Under the pieces are notes generated by a model. The model did no database searches. It saw only the letters and a program-made list of their open reading frames with translations, and was not told where the DNA came from. From NCBI GenBank assembly GCA_021817325.1, contig JAKAVK010000013.1, forward strand, positions 7,651-71,650: a stretch of 64,000 nt of DNA. The letters run 5' to 3'. This document shows positions 63,386-64,000 of this stretch, one piece after another (the stretch's first letter is position 1; every line of letters begins with the position of its first letter). The position numbers were made by a program, and so were the translations under genes. The DNA comes from Candidatus Micrarchaeota archaeon (GTDB lineage: Archaea; Micrarchaeota; Micrarchaeia; Micrarchaeales; CABMGC01).

Positions 63386-64000
63386 ATGCCGAAAAGCAAG
63401 CCCAAGCAGGGCAAGTCGATACTGTACGTAAAGGTCGCGTCCCTTGCTGACATATGCAGGTACGCCTTTAGCTTCGACTTTGCCTCAAAGAGCCTTTTAA
63501 TGCCAAACGGAGATAACAAGATAATCGCTCTTGGGGAGTGCATAGGCGATACGACAATAGCCTATTATGTGCATGCCCAGCCAGGAAGTAAGATCCTGCA
63601 CTACACATTTCCATCTTCAGCAGACAATAGGGAGAAAGTGGCATTCGCCGAGCGCATGGACGACCAGGGCAGAGGATATCTGCGCATAATAAGCCTGGAT
63701 CTCTCGCACTTTACGCGTGCAAGGTCGCTTGGAAAGGATGACGTCTCATTAGTGGAGATAAGGCTGCCAGAGGACATGATGGCGGCGGCAATAAAGAAGG
63801 CAATACGCGAGGAAAACTTCATGCACCTGTACTCCTTCGAATATGGCGAAAAGAGGTATCTCTGCGGCTTCGATCTCTTCGACGAGCTTGCAGATGACAG
63901 AAAAACCCTGTATTATTCTGTCCTGGGCTCGAGGAGCACAGCCGGCTTTGCACGGTACAAATACTTGGACAATACCTTCGATTTTACTGACACCGTTGAG
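63386..64000 (+). CDS. Hypothetical protein, N-terminal 205 aa (runs off the window end)
   Basis: Absent from the track because it has no stop. Own translation: MPKSKPKQGKSILYVKVASLADICRYAFSFDF...YSVLGSRSTAGFARYKYLDNTFDFTDTVE. An open frame of 205 codons with balanced composition. Confidence 0.6.
   Translation, partial: MPKSKPKQGKSILYVKVASLADICRYAFSFDFASKSLLMPNGDNKIIALGECIGDTTIAYYVHAQPGSKILHYTFPSSADNREKVAFAERMDDQGRGYLRIISLDLSHFTRARSLGKDDVSLVEIRLPEDMMAAAIKKAIREENFMHLYSFEYGEKRYLCGFDLFDELADDRKTLYYSVLGSRSTAGFARYKYLDNTFDFTDTVE

Noticed and set aside
1-64000. Search for rRNA genes, integrases, transposases, prophage or plasmid genes, CRISPR-cas, and known defence systems (RM, Abi, CBASS-like and others)
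   Set aside because: I recognised no diagnostic motifs in any frame. The window appears to be core chromosome with interspersed lineage-specific genes.

Overview
Dense archaeal chromosomal window, about 50% GC. I call about 70 protein genes and 4 tRNAs. I found no rRNA, CRISPR array, integrase, transposase or prophage. The archaeal assignment rests on eS19, eL31, eL39, aIF6, prefoldin alpha, RpoL, fibrillarin, A/T-rich TATA-like boxes 25-35 nt upstream of starts, and intron-containing tRNAs. The fragmented ribosomal operons, the multi-intron tRNA and the many orphan surface proteins suggest a small-genome DPANN (Micrarchaeota/ARMAN-like) or Thermoplasmata-related archaeon; this is inference only. 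Housekeeping blocks: an aspartase/fumarase-family lyase plus succinate dehydrogenase (1-4019); the conserved string ftsY-pfdA-aIF6-L31e-L39e-PDCD5-like-S19e (6050-9975); rpoL and DUF99; agmatinase and NAD kinase; a four-gene 2-oxoacid dehydrogenase complex (12770-17481); Lhr helicase-metallophosphoesterase-RNase HI (42095-45942); fibrillarin; L30-L15; and S13-S4-S11 bracketed by two same-strand tRNAs. Accessory regions worth follow-up: (a) a peptidase-rich locus at 18311-29369 with a VanX-like D-Ala-D-Ala dipeptidase, three M20 peptidases, a LysA-type decarboxylase, a GNAT, a GGCT-like enzyme and two large proteins I cannot assign to any family; (b) a response regulator with wHTH-REC-degenerate GGDEF architecture, next to a surface glycoprotein and a PAS/GAF histidine kinase; (c) a MacB-type ABC transporter with a COG1361-like surface protein and a divergent membrane-tethered wHTH regulator; (d) a tRNA-Ser with two introns, one inside the T-loop; (e) a translationally coupled two-gene orphan module next to that tRNA; (f) an SdhB with a fused membrane anchor; (g) an in-frame TAG followed by about 60 coding-like codons. 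All functional calls come from motifs read by eye in the translations. No database search was possible.
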